Source: Sminthopsis crassicaudata (lineage: Eukaryota). From it: a DNA stretch of 42,565 nt. This document shows, one piece after another, positions 22,790 through 36,299 of this stretch. The notes under the pieces were generated by a model, which searched no databases, was not told the DNA's origin, and saw nothing but the letters and a program-made list of their open reading frames with translations. The DNA is taken from positions 343,827,200 to 343,869,764 of the forward strand of contig NC_133620.1 in the NCBI RefSeq assembly GCF_048593235.1, given 5' to 3'. The translations under genes and the position numbers were made by a program. Each line of letters opens with the position of its first letter. The stretch's first letter is position 1.

Positions 22790-23871
22790 CCAGAAGGTAA
22801 CATTTTAACCAAATATTGAAGAAAACCAGAGAAACTAAAAAACAGCATTCTAGGCATGGGGAGGCCCAGGTAGGGTAAAGGCCCTAGATGGGAGCAGCCT
22901 TATGGAATGTAAGGAACGATGGTGACCAGTGAAGCTGTAGCTAAGAGGCAGTAAATGTAAGAAGATGAACTAGGAAAGGAGGTAGGAGGTAGATTTGAAG
23001 ACTGCCCATTGACAAATGCAGTTTATATTTAATTTTGGTCATAAGAAGTCTCTGGAGTTTATTTTTAATTGGTGGTGAGGCAGTGATATGGTGAGCCTAC
23101 CACTTTAGGAAATCCTAACTGGAGAGAAAATGGATTAGAGTGGGGAGAGGCTTGGGACAGGAACACCATTTGGAATGCTCTCTCTGCTGTCTTGTAGTCC
23201 AAGCAAGAGATGATGAAAGTCTGAACCAGAGCAGAGAGGGCGCACTTGGGAGAGGTTTTGTATTAGGTGGGTAGGATGTGATTCTGGTAGAGTGAGAGTT
23301 GATATCAGGCTTGTGAACCCTGGATGACTGGGAGGTTGGTGGTGCTTTGATAGTAATAGTTCAGAAGAGAGAAGGGTTTGGAGGGAAACTAAAGTTGTTC
23401 TAAACCTCTACCTTAGTTTCCTGTTTTGTGGATCTCAGGTAGGAATTTAGAGTAGATAGTTTTGCTGGTAGAATTCAGCACTATCCACACTCCAGAAATT
23501 TACAGGTAGTGAATAATGTTCTATGAGATCCCCACAATGCTACTGATTGTCAAGAGGGTGTATACTGTGGGTTGTTTTTCCATGAGTATTTCTATGAGTT
23601 TCTTTCTCTTTCATCTGGTCATTCCTGGTTGTGACCAGTAATAAACATTGTTGATATCTGTTTTGTTAGGGTTAAGCAGGTTTACTTGCTATGAAGGGAC
23701 AGAATAAAAAGAGAGACCAAAAAATAAACAGAAGAAAACCAAATGGAGGGAAATGTGGTTTACATAGTGTGTGAAGCTACCACACTGGCTCCATTAGGAT
23801 CCTTCTCTAACTGACTAAGGTTAACTGACAAAAAGTAATAAGGTGAAGGAGATCCATACTTTTTTAAGTAA

Positions 23872-24156
<285 letters not shown>

Positions 24157-24404
24157 TAGGTTGCTGAGGCAGGGAGTCCTGGCCTTGGTGTCAGAGGGAC
24201 CTGGAGTTCAAACCCTTCCCTCCTGTTTCCCTCCATATTCCCTGTAGCTTACTCACTTAACCTCTCTGGACTTATCTTTCCTATTTGTAAAATGAGGATA
24301 ATAATATCAGCAGTACTTGTCTCAGAGAGGTTGTTGGTTTTTGGTTTTTGGTTTTTTTAGAATCAAATGCTTCTACTTTCTTTTCTCTTCTTAACTTTTT
24401 ATAG

Positions 24405-24566
24405 CAGTGGTCCTCAAACTTTTTAAATAGGGGGCCAGTTCACTGCCCCTCAGACTGTTGGAGGGCTGGAAAACAAAAGCTCACACTCTGTCTCCGCCCC
24501 TCGGCCTATTTGCCATAACCCAGCGGGGCCGCATCTGACCCGAGGGCCGTAGTTTGAGAACCCCTG
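24405..24566 (+). mobile_element. Non-autonomous hAT/Charlie MITE, OC1 (OposCharlie1)-like, 162 bp
   Basis: TIRs CAGTGGTCCTCAAACT / AGTTTGAGAACCCCTG (14/16 complementary); 8-bp TSD ttttatag / ctttatag; subterminal sequence resembles recalled OC1 ends. Confidence 0.85.
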
Positions 24567-24699
24567 CTTTATAGTTTGGCTTTCAATCTCATCATTCAAC
24601 CAAAACCATTCTCCAGAGTTAATGTCCATACCCAGTGATCTTTTTCAAGTTCTTTTCATTGGTTGCTAATTTTTCCATCCTATTTCTTGACTTTGAACT

Positions 24700-25260
24700 T
24701 TATGTTAAAGATGTCCTCTGCTCACCTAGTGGGGAAGAGAGAGTGGGTTCTATTGCAAGCTTCAGGCTTTTTTGCCCTGCTGTTTTCATAGATAGTTCTG
24801 GGGGGTTTTCACAGCCAGTTTTTGGTGCTTCCAAGGTGGTCTTATCACTGCTTTCGTGATTTGTACTCAAGCCTTATCCATGAGGGGCTCTTGCTCCCAA
24901 AGAGCCACCTGAAAGCGTTTCTCTAAAGTCTGGTCCTCACTGCTCCCCAGAACTGAATCATAGGCAAACAGACAGCACTTAGCCCTGTCCCCAGTGCTAG
25001 CACAGGCGTTCACTGTAATCTTTTTTTGACCAGTTGTTCAGCCCCCTTACTAGACTGCTGTTCCTGCTGCTTTTAGAGCCACATCCAAAGCCCAAGCTGG
25101 TGTTGCTGCTGCCTGCTCTCAGGATCAGCCCTGTCCCCAGTGTCACCATCATCTCCTTCCTAAGTTATCTTGGGCTGGAAAAATGTCTTATCCCAACTTT
25201 TTGCTGGCTGTGTTGTTGCAGAATTGTTTAACTCATAATTTTAAAGTTGTTGGGAAGGGA
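24700..25260 (-). mobile_element. Probable L1/HAL1 5' region fragment
   Basis: Shares several motifs with 19110-19690; family assignment from memory. Confidence 0.4.
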
Positions 25261-25324
25261 ATTTGAAGAGCTGTATTGCTCCCTCTCCAGTGGCCTTTTC
25301 TTAATCATTAAACGTACCAGAGAG

Positions 25325-25700
25325 GTCAAGGATGGTGCTCTGCTTGGCATTCAGAACTCCTTATAACTACCTGCCTTTCCTCAAACAAGACAGTGCATCT
25401 CCCAGCTCCAGGCATGTTTATCTGGCATGGTCTCATACCTGGAAGGCTCTGCTGCCTGGCCTCTTTCAAGTCCAGCTAAAATCTTGTCTTCTATGGGAAG
25501 ATTTTCCTATTGCCCTTTAATTCTAGTAGTGTCTTTCCTCTGTTGATTTTCTCTAGTTTCTCTATGCTGCTCATAGCTTGTTGCATATGACTGTGCATAT
25601 TGTCCTCCATTAGCTCCTTGAGCTCCTTGAGAATAGGGCCTGTCTCTCTATCCTCAGTGTTTAGTACAGTGCCTAGCATGTAGTAAGTGCTTAATGTGCT
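25325..25700 (+). mobile_element. L2 3' end
   Basis: tagctccttgag...tagtacagtgcctagcatgtagtaagtgcttaat tail. Confidence 0.7.
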
Positions 25701-26072
25701 TAGTAACCAGTTAAAAGTCATAAATCAGTGAGTTAATATACTTGCAACAAAGAATGTGTGCTGAGGGCAAGTGCCAATTAATACAGTAAATAAAGTTAAG
25801 TGAGATTATTCAGGGAAGGTTGGTTGGGCAAAATGGTTTTTGGTTTATTAGCATCTAATCAGATTGTTTGCTTAGGAAAAGAGCAGTGTCGCATTCAGCT
25901 CTCTTTAGGAGAACATAGAAGATAAATTTTTGGGGGGAGGGGAGTCTGTGAAATATCTTTTGACCTCACTGGTTGACACTTAAGAGGTAAATATTCTGTT
26001 CTTTAGGCTCTGAAGCTGACTCTATCCATTATGCTACTCTGCGTCTCTCGCCATTGTCTTCATTCTTAAAAT

Positions 26073-26218
26073 TTATTTTTTGGCTGAGGCAATTGGGGTT
26101 AAGTGACTTGCCCAGGGTCACACAGTTAGGAAGTGTTAAGTGTCTGAGACCAGATTTGAACTCAGGTCCTCCTGACTTCTGAGCTGGTGCACTATCCACT
26201 GCGCCACCTAACTGCCCC
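26073..26218 (-). mobile_element. Full-length WSINE1-like SINE with TSD
   Basis: Minus strand ggggcagttaggtggcgcagtggatag (A-box), gagttcaaatc (B-box), A tail; TSD cttaaaat at 26065-26072 and 26219-26226. Confidence 0.85.
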
Positions 26219-27301
26219 CTTAAAATAATTTTTATGTCCTTGGAGACAGTTGTTGAGATCTTCCCCTCCCCTTAACCTTTTCTTTTCCAGGCCAAACCAA
26301 CCCTTTAACTTTTTCTGCTTTCTGTGATTTTAATTCCTCTGGGCAGGAAAGCATTTGGAAGTGGGGGCAATCTTACAGTCCACGTGACACCTTTTAATAA
26401 TTTGTGGTCATGATTCCATGGCCTCAGCTCCTAGAAGCTCTATACTCCAGTAGTCTCCCCACATGGCTATATCTTTGGCTTCATTCATGTTGCTTGGAGT
26501 GCCCAAGATCATTAGCTCCGAAATTCTCTCTTTGGCCAAAATTTCCTTCCAGGAGTGAGCTCTTTTTTTTTTTTTTTTTTTTTTCTTTAATCCTGTCTTT
26601 CCTCATCAGTTACATAAAATCAAAACTCAGCTCCTATATCCTCTTTAATAATAGTAATATTTCTATTTCTAGTAAAATTTCTATTTAGTAATAGAAACCA
26701 TTAGTGTGGTTTCTCCATCTTTAGATCATCAATTGTTTATGTGATCCTGTTCCCTTATCCCATTCTAAAGAATGCAGTGATCTAGATCAGAATTCTTTTG
26801 ATGTTCATGTTGTCTCTTCTACAATGTAGAAGCTCAATCGCTATTTTTAAAATTTATTTTGTATTGTGCCTTGCAAGTAGTAGAAGATGCTCCCAACATG
26901 TTTATCAAATAGAATAGAGTGTGAGGAGCCAGAGGGAGATCTAAAACAGATTGGTTGTGTGAACCTGGGCAAGTCCCTTCTTCACTTCTCTCCACTGTAC
27001 TCTCGAGGATAAAATGCATTTGTAGAGGTGGTATAGCGGATAGATTGCTTACCTTGGAGTCAGGACCTCAGCTCAGACTCAGCCTCAGACTAGTTGGGAG
27101 CCCTGAGCAGATCATTTAATTTCATCTTTATCAGTTGTAAAATGGGAACAATTATAGCCTCTGCTTCCCAGGTATATTGTGAGGAGATGGCATATAGTAA
27201 ACGTCAAATAAATGTTAGCTATTATTAATTCACATATAGGAACAGACGTGTACATTTATTCTTGCCTGAACATAACCTTATTTGTTATATGTCTTCCTCA
27301 G

Positions 27302-27380
27302 AGCCAATTATTAAACCTGTAAAAACCAAGAAATTCTCTCTGATGGAGCAGACATTACCTGTCACAGTGTATGAAATGGA
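27302..27380 (+). CDS. EFTUD2: EFTUD2 exon 4
   Basis: 79 nt, (E)[25 protein letters not shown](D), AG/GT. Confidence 0.98.
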
Positions 27381-28778
27381 GTAAGTAACAAAGTTTTCAC
27401 CTATTCTACGAAAGTGCTTGGAAATAGTCTTGTGTCAAGGTAGGAAGGTGGCATATAGTGGATTGTGGGAGCAAAATTTCTTCTAACCAAAGGTCAGTTT
27501 GGGTTGTTGGCTGGGAAATCTTAACTCTGGCTAAGTGTGTTCTGGTTGATCTGCAGTTTCATGTCTTTAGCCTTTTACTTGGTGATAGTGTCAGGGACCT
27601 TTTAAAACAGAATGACATGCTATTAATTTTTGATGTTGTGTTAAAAAAACATGATTCTCAAGATCCAGCAACAGCCTTTTTGGTTTTTGATTGATAAGGC
27701 AAATAAACATTTTCCAAACTTTACTTAGAATGGGGACAGCATCAGGTGATGGACATAATGTTCAGAAACAATGGGCCTGACCATCAAATGCATGCTGATT
27801 TCGATTTTACTTTCTCTAAAAAATATACTTGAGGCTATACTTGAATTGCATTGATATTCTCATTGCTCAAACATTTTTAAAGCTTCTCCTTTAGAGTTGC
27901 CTTCAGAAATCATGTCACTTTTTTAAAAACAAATTTCTATTGATGATTTTTGTATATCCTAAATTTCCCCTTATATTTTCCTTCCCAAAGAAGCATCTCA
28001 TATTTCAAAAGATTTTTTTAAAGAAAAAAAGAGGAAAAAAATAATCACTAAAATGGGCTAAAACATCAAAAAGAAAAACATTTAGTGATCTCCACCCATG
28101 GACCTTCCCTCTCTTCAAAAGAGTGGGAGAAGTACCTCCTCCTGTCTCTTCTTTGGTGCCATTCCTGTCCTTAGTAATTTTACAACATTCACTTTGGGTT
28201 GTTTGTGTGGTTTTCCTGCATCACTGTCCTTCACTATCTTTAGTGATAGCAAATCTTCAATCTTCAAAGGTGGATTTGTAAAAATAATCAAAAAGCACCT
28301 GTAGCTACAGTGTGAAACAGAGGATTAGAGGCAAGTTCAGGTCCTTCCTTTGATTGATACAGATGTTATGGCCCTGAATAAGTTACTTAAGATCCCAGGA
28401 CTCCAGGCTACTCTGTAAGACCAGAACTTGCATTGTTGCCTTTTCATACTGGTCAAATTGAGTTTAGTAACTAGATATTCTCTCCACTGACCAGATCCAA
28501 GGTTCAGACATCTGTAGCTTAGGCTAGTAATAGACTGCCTCATACCATAAATCATATAAATGACTTATAATTATGAAATAAAGAGACCAGTTTGTGACTA
28601 GTACAACTTGTGACCTAGGTCATAGGATAATTCCAAATGACAACTTCCAAAGAAGATTTTAGTTAGAATAATTTCTTTGAAGTTGGCGATGCTCATTTAG
28701 ATGTATTAGTGTTAGTGTATTTCATAAAAGAAAAATAGAAAAATAATCAAATATAGTTACTTTATAGCTATAATAAAA

Positions 28779-28780
<2 letters not shown>

Positions 28781-28826
<46 letters not shown>
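28781..28826. repeat. (AT)n microsatellite with one interruption
   Basis: Direct read; sits at the tail side of the SINE at 28830-28938. Confidence 0.9.
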
Positions 28827-28827
<1 letters not shown>

Positions 28828-28829
28828 AT

Positions 28830-28938
28830 TAAGTGATTTGCCCAGAGTCATACAATAAGTGTCTGAGATTGAATTTGAACTCAGGTCCTCCTGACTCCAG
28901 GGCCGGTGCTCTGGATCACAACGCCAGCTAGCTGCCTC
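28830..28938 (-). mobile_element. Marsupial tRNA-derived SINE
   Basis: aagtgatttgcccagagtca...tttgaactcaggtcctcctgactccagggccggtgctct...ctagctgcc. Confidence 0.75.
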
Positions 28939-29136
28939 TATAATATCTGTATAGATATAGGAGAAATGCTTACATTTTCATTTTCACAGATGTTCAGATT
29001 GTTAAAGTCACAAGTAGAAAATCTCTTTTTCTTTTAATTTTCTAAATGTTATAAAACTGAAATGTGCATAATTTTGGGTGTTTGAAGTTTCTCAAATAAT
29101 TCAAGAAGCAGAGATCCCCTGCTTGAGACCATTTGA

Positions 29137-29325
<189 letters not shown>

Positions 29326-29709
29326 TGAGGGTAGTAAATAAATTTCCTGATCCCAGGAGTCTTGCATACTGTGAATAGTTAGCTTTCTCCTCTCACAGTT
29401 TATAAGTTACTTTCCTTCCTGAGCCTTGTATCTACAGCGTGAGTAAAGAAGAGAGATTGGGCCTTTAACTGATTTGCTGCCTTACTCTGAATTTTATGAG
29501 TTTTCATTTCCTAGGGGATACCTTTCTGAGAGATAATTCATCTTATTTCATTTGAAAATTAGCCTCTAGCCTCTGTGTTAATAGTGTTTTCTCCCTCAGT
29601 ACTGCCTTTTCTTCTCCTATCACTTCTCTTCCCCTTTCCCTAATTATGTTGGGATTTTTTTTTTAAAAAAAGGAGTAATTGGGTGTTATACCTTTCCCAA
29701 TGTAGTTGA

Positions 29710-29835
<126 letters not shown>

Positions 29836-30676
29836 TGAATTCTGATGTTTTTTCTGTCATCTCCTTCTCCCACCTACCTTTTACTTTATAAATAGATGGA
29901 GACTACCAGATGCTGCTTTGTAGTTGTTGATTCTGCTGATGGTCTCTAAGAGGGTGGTATGAATTCTAATTTGAGTACAGAGAATCTTCACCTGCCAACT
30001 TGGCAGTCTGTTCTCACCCTGGAGTATTATTTCTTCCTAATATAACTAGAGTTATGCACTTTATCTTTTCTTATTACTAACTGGTGTACAGATACTCAAT
30101 TGGGGCTTGTTTTCACTAGAAATCTAAATATCTCTGAATGAGTACAGCAGTAACTAGAATTCTCACTGCAGTAAATGCTGGCAGGAAAGTATTTTTGAAA
30201 ATATTTAATATCAAGAATCCTTAGTAGCTGTCCTGGAGACCACAGGAGGCATTCGATAGCAAAGAGGAAGAAAAAATGAGTGACAAGGAACCTATTGCCT
30301 ATTAAATTCAGGAAATACCAGTTGACTGTTCTGACATGCAGAGTTCCTGCAGAAGGCTGCTCTGTTCCCTTCACCCCTCTAAGGGTCCTTCATGGCTTGT
30401 AGTGATTTTATCCATCTAGTTGCACCAGGTTTTACACCTTATTCTCTAGGGTACTCCTCTTCAGTTGCATGTATTTTATTTACATATCTAGTGACTGTCT
30501 ATAATTGGACAGATACTGTCCTGATACCTGATTTTTAACTGTGGGACCTCCACTAGTTTCAGTTCCTTTTTTTTTTTTTTTTTTTTCTTATAGTACTATG
30601 CAGGTTAGGATGTCATTTATTCAGGCCTAGGAATCTGAATTTTAATAACATTGAGAACCCTTTTTTTTTTTTTCAG

Positions 30677-30712
30677 CTCTGCTACACAGACATCCTCTTC
30701 ACTGAGCAAGAG
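30677..30712 (+). CDS. EFTUD2: EFTUD2 exon 7
   Basis: 36 nt, LCYTDILFTEQE, AG/GT. Confidence 0.97.
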
Positions 30713-32159
30713 GTAAGTGTGTCTAGGACCAGTCTCCTATTCTCTGGTAACACTTTACCAGATTCAGCAGCTGTCAGATCAATAAGGGATGAGGATGAAT
30801 GACGAAACCATGGAGTGACTTATAACACCTCTTCATTTACCTGGGAATCTTAAATTCCTTGTGGCACCATAATTCAGAGTTTAGGGTGGAATGGAGAGTC
30901 AGATTTTAAGGCATTGTCTCTGATTGAGTTTGATATGGCCTCTAAAGCTGGTAGCAAAAGACTTATCTTCATCTGTGCCTGTACTTGCAGAAACTCAGCA
31001 CAGCTTTAAAATTAATAGTATATTAAAAGCATGTAAGATAAAGATGTTATGCTCCAAAGAGGATATAATCATATGTGTAACATGCAGAAATATATTCATA
31101 GTAACATCTTATATTTTTGTTGCAAGATATTATAGTAATAGAATTCTTGTTTATATTTTCTCATTTGCTGCTAATAGCCTGGTAAGGTAAATAGTATATA
31201 AGTGGAGACTCATTTTCCAGATAATAAGACCGACCCAGAGAGGCTTAAGTAATCTTCCCAAAGTCTTAGCCTGAGGATGTGAGCTCAGACTATCATAAAT
31301 CTATCCTCTCTCCCCTTGTACATGTCTGCTGCCACTTTTGGCCTTGTGGTTAGCTCTTCTGTGGAGTGAGTCAGTGGGTCAGGCATTTGTCTCTATCTGT
31401 CATCCATGTATTTAGTTATTCTTTCCTTCCTCCCTTCATACAATGTGTTTGTGTGCACATATACATATATTTGAGCCCTCAGCATTTGCTTTCTTTTGCA
31501 AGGCAGCATGTGGGGATTGAGTCATGAGCTTGAAACCTGGAAGACCCCAACCCAGATTCTCATCACACCCATACTAGCAGTGGTGTGACTCTGGGCACTT
31601 GCCCAGCTGGAGCCCACTCTATACAATGAGGTTGCACTCAGTGACCTCTGCCATCCATGACAGTCCTGAGTCCATGATCCTGGAGGAAGAAAGCATTGAC
31701 CAAGGTCACACAGGAATTAGAAGAATTGAGTATCAAATTATCTTCTTGCTCTAAATTTAGAACTCTTTCTATTGTACTACACATAGTATCATAGATTTAG
31801 AGCTGGAAAAGACCTTAGAGGTCATCAAGTCTCATTTATTGTTGAGGAAACTGAAGTCCAGTGCAGTGAAAAGGAAGTGAGTTGTTCTGGATCACAGAAC
31901 CAGTAGAGGTCAGGCAGGATTTGAACTCGGGGCTTTTGCTCTAAAAACATGAACTCTCTTTGTTTCTCTATCCCTGACTCTCCAACAATTGCTTTCTCCT
32001 TTCTTTTCCTTTCTCAGTCTCTCTGTCTCATCATATATGTACTCAAGGACATATATGTACATGTTTTTGTAGAAAACGATAGGCATAAATATACAAATGT
32101 TTGCAATTTCTGCTTTGCTTCCCTTTTCCTCCTTCCCAAATTCTGTAGTTTAACTAGCT

Positions 32160-33880
32160 GAACTTTGTACTGTCTTCTTTGCACTCTGCTTCAAGGCCCA
32201 TGTACTCTTACTTCTTGCCCAAACTCACCTCCTGAATATATCTATCCTTTGCTTCATTCCTTCATGGACCAGTGATGATGATTAGTGATGGAAGAAGTCC
32301 TATAACTATACTTCCTGAGTCTACTACCAGTGTGTTATCTAGTCCCACATGGATCCTCAATGAAGTCCCTTTACTCTCCCTTAATTGAGCTCCCCCTTCT
32401 CCTTTAATCCAGTTTCTGATGACGAAATGGTCGTGCTCCCAAGGCCAACCCTCTGCTTGTTCTCCTGACTCCATCCTCTCAGAAGTTTGCTGTCACTCTC
32501 TAATCTTCAGTCTGTCTCTAGCTACTGGATTCCCTCTTGGCTGCCCACAAGCACACCCAGGCTTCCAACATCCTTAGAAAACTTTCACTTGACCCTCCCA
32601 ACCTCCTCCCCTCCCTTTCCCTGCCTAAGCTCTCCTCCCTGTCTCCACTTACTGCCTCTAGCCCCTCTCCTCTCCCTTTCTCTTCAACCACTTCTAGTCT
32701 GATTTTAATCTGTATCACTTAACTAAAAATTCTCTCCCTAAACTTCCCCAGTGACTCCTTAATTGACAAATGCAGGGACTTTCTCTTAGTTCTCATCTCT
32801 GTTGCTTTTGATGCTATGCTGTTGACCACTTTTACTTCTGGATACTCTTTACCTTTCTTTGATTTACATGACGTTCCTCTTGGTTTTCCGATCTTTCTGG
32901 ATGTTCCTTTCACCTTCATTGCCCTCCTGTCCTTTTCCTGCCCCTAATGGAATACCTGGCCTGGGCCCTTTCCCTCCTCATACTTTCTCGTGATGATCTT
33001 AATTAAGTCTCATGGGTTTAGTTATCATCTCTATGCTGATGACTCCCAGATTTATATATTGAGGCCTATTGTGACTTTTTGAACTCGCGTTTGACCCTTT
33101 CAGCTGTTCAGTAAATGTTCTGCCTCGTGTCCCACTGACATCTCATACTCAGTAAATCCCAAACAGCTCATCGTCTTATCCCTCTAGCCTACCTTCCCAA
33201 CTCACACTGAGGGCACTGCCATCCTCCCCACCGTGCCCATTCAGCCTCATCCTTGCCTCCACCATATCCTTCCTTCCTCTCACTACTGCATCGCTCATAT
33301 CTCTGTCCTTTTCGACACTTATGGTTCAGGCTGTCAGTACCTCTCCCCTGGACAATTCCAATAGCCTTCTAGACTGGAGTCTCTCCTCTTAATTCATTTT
33401 CCACACAGCTAGTTGCTGGAGTGATATAAAGCACATATCTGACTGTATCACTCCCCTGCTCAAAAAACTCCCCATGATTCCCTCTTGCCTCTAGGATAAA
33501 ATATAAACTTTTTGTTTGACAGTTAAAATTCTCCACAATCTGCCCCCAGCCTCCCTTTCCAGACTTTGTCCAAGTTTGGTCCCCCAAATCTGAAATGTCC
33601 ATCCTCATCTCAATTTTTCGAAACCTTAGCACCACTCCCTATAAGAGGCTACTCCTGATTCCTTCCTGGCTGCTAATGCCCCAACCCTGAAATTATTTTG
33701 TTCTTATTGTGTATATTTACTTATTTATGTGCTAATGGTTTCCTCTCATAAAATGTTGCTCCATAAGGGCAGGAAAAATTTTAGTTTTGTCTTTGTCAGT
33801 ATCATTGCACCCAGAGCCCCAAGCTCCTAGCCCTGTACCTGACTCATAGTCTGTGCTCATTAAATGCTTATTGATTTTTA
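32160..33880 (+). mobile_element. L2 LINE with degenerate reverse transcriptase
   Basis: catctctatgctgatgactcccagatttat = HLYADDSQIY RT motif near 33026-33055; L2 tail cattaaatgcttattga. Confidence 0.8.
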
Positions 33881-34646
33881 TTATTGTAGAGGAATCCTGG
33901 TATAAGAACTCTTCTCTACCAACATAGTTGATAAATAGTATGATTTAATAGATAAGTTCTAGAGATTTATCTAAAGCACGTAAGGGTTAACAAGGGTCTC
34001 ACAGTTAGTGTCAGAAGCAGATTTGAACCTACTTCACCTCTGTGCTCTGCTACCTCTCATTCTCAATCTAAACATACATGTGTATAGATACATATGTGAT
34101 CATATAAACACATGGACTGTGTCTAATTCTGATAATTAATTTCCTATTCTTTTTTATGTTTCCTGTTATTTTGAAATGACATTAATTGGATTTTAAATTC
34201 TAAGCTAAAAACTACCCCAACTAAAATTAATTTTTTTTTTTAAAGATACTGGGCTTTTTTTTTAAACTTCGTACTCACATTAGATTAAAACATTTGTTGC
34301 CTCATTAGAGAGATTTAGGAAAAACTAAACCTAGATTTATGTAATAATCTGGCCTTCATGCTGCCTTCCATCTCATTATTATTCCATATTTATGGTAGAG
34401 AATCTTCCCACTTCATTGCAAAGAAAGGGAAAAATAATTTATGAAGATGATAGCAGGAAAAAAACAGATCATAGCAGAATAAGCTTGGATAAAAATCACA
34501 CAACTGGGTGTGTGAGGAAGGGGACTTTTAGAGAGAGAATAGGGTTATCAGTTCATCCTTAGTTGGCAAGACCTCCAGAACAGAATGACCCCCAATCCCA
34601 GTGCCTTCTCACATTTTGATCTTGCCTTCTAAATTTATCCTTTCAG

Positions 34647-34737
34647 AGGGGTGTTGGCATCAAAAGTACTCCAGTGACAGTGGTCCTGCCAGATACCAAG
34701 GGAAAGTCTTACCTCTTCAACATCATGGACACACCAG
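34647..34737 (+). CDS. EFTUD2: EFTUD2 exon 8 (G3 DTPG)
   Basis: 91 nt, [30 protein letters not shown](G), AG/GT. Confidence 0.98.
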
Positions 34738-34859
34738 GTGAGCATGCTCATGGATATTGGTGCAGCTAATACGTTTTTCCTTAACCTCTTGACATCTGAG
34801 TCACAATTCTTGGTTCTTTCAGTTTCCACAGTAGACTAGTACATGCTTGGGTGTCAGCT

Positions 34860-36270
34860 AAACAGTAAACCTTTATTAAATACCTACACCTAACATATAG
34901 TGTGTGTTAAGTTCTGGGGATACAAAAGGAGACAGAAGACAGTTCCTGTTCTCAAAGAGCTTACAGTCTAATGGGGAAAACAGCGTGCAAACAAATGCAT
35001 AGCTATATACAGAATAAACAGGAAATAAATAACAGAGGGGGCACTAGAATTTTAAAGTCGGATTTGTGAAGCCTTCTTCTGCAAGGTGGGATTTTAGTTT
35101 GGACTTAAAGGAAGAGAACATTTCAGGCATAGGGGACAGCTAGAGAGAATAGGAAGCCTGGATCCTGGAGATAGAGGGTATTGTTCATGGAACAGCCAGA
35201 AGTCCATGTCACTGGATCAAAGAGTACAGCACATGTCAGCGAGTAAGGTATAAAAAGATGGGAAAAGTAAGAGGGTGCTGCTTTATAAAGGACTTTGAAT
35301 GCCAAACAACATTTTGTATTTGTTTCTGGAAATTGGGAAATTCTGGAGTTTCCTGAGTAGGGAGGTGACAAGTTCAGATCTGCATTTTAGGAAAATCACT
35401 TTGATGGCTGATTGGAAGATGAGTTGCAGTGGGGAGAGACTTGAGGCAGACAGATACCACAGCAGGCTATCACAGTAATTGACTCATGAGGTGATAAGGG
35501 CCTGTGCAGAGCCCGAGAAGAGAAGGGGGCATTTGAGATATATTGCAAAAGTGAAATAATAGACCTTGGCAACACTTTGGCTATGGGGGTGGGGATCTGG
35601 TGAGAGAAAGTGAAGAAATGAGGGTTAAGAGAATGAGGGGTAGAAGGATGATATTACCCTCCAAAGTAATAGGGAACATAGGAGGACAGGAGAATTTAGG
35701 GGGGAAAGATGATGGGTTCCATTTTGGACAGATTGTGTTAAAGTTGTTTACTGGACATTCAGTTTAAGATGTCTGAAAGACAGTAAAATAGAACAAACTT
35801 GTCTATGTGGCAAGATAGTGAGATGATTTTTTATTGAAGGGGAAAAGCCTATTGAACTGTGTGAGATTGAAGTTAGTCAAAAAATTGAGGCAAGATAAGT
35901 TGGTTTGAGAATTATCAACCAAGAGGTGGTGATTAAATCCAAGGAGTTATTTAAATCACCAAGTGAAGTAGGTAGTATAGAGGGAGAAGTAAAAAGGAGA
36001 TCCAGGGAATCCTGAGGGATACCTATGGTTTAAGAGGGTGACCTGGAGAAGGATCCAGCAAAAGAGACAGAAAAAAACAGAAAAGAAAAATAGATTAAGT
36101 AGGAAGAATACCAGCAGGTAGTGATATTTTGAAAATGGAGGAGAGAGTGATCAGCAGTATCAAAAGTTGTAGAGGAGTCAGAGGGAATGAGGACTGAAAA
36201 CAGGTCATTAGATTTGGCAGCTAAAAGATCGGTAATAACTTTGGAGAAAGCACCTTCAGTGGACATCCAT
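34860..36270 (-). mobile_element. L2 LINE with degenerate reverse transcriptase
   Basis: Antisense L2 tail at about 34865; ORF-track peptide KVITDLLAAKSNDLFSVLI...FDTADHSLL is an RT remnant. Confidence 0.8.
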
Positions 36271-36299
36271 CACACCTTAAATCCCTCCTACCTAGGAAT

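Larger units (their letters stand above)
21800..23390 (-). mobile_element. L2 LINE interrupted by two younger L1 insertions
   Basis: Antisense L2 tail (tttattattaagcacttactatgag...ggggatacaaag) resumes after each L1. Confidence 0.65.

Noticed and set aside
27735-27800. C/D snoRNA-like arrangement (GTGATGG ... CTGA) in EFTUD2 intron 4
   Set aside because: C box mismatched, C-D spacing too short, and no terminal stem outside the boxes
29911-29946. CFVVVDSADGL resembles the translational-GTPase strand VLFIDAAEG, suggesting a duplicated exon 9
   Set aside because: Only about 10 residues and wrong exon size and phase; most likely chance
30090-30420. Purine-rich stretch that looked like a processed-pseudogene fragment
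   Set aside because: No frame gave a recognisable protein; no poly-A tail or TSD
36030-36266. ORF with reverse-transcriptase-like words
   Set aside because: Decayed L2 ORF2 fragment, not a gene
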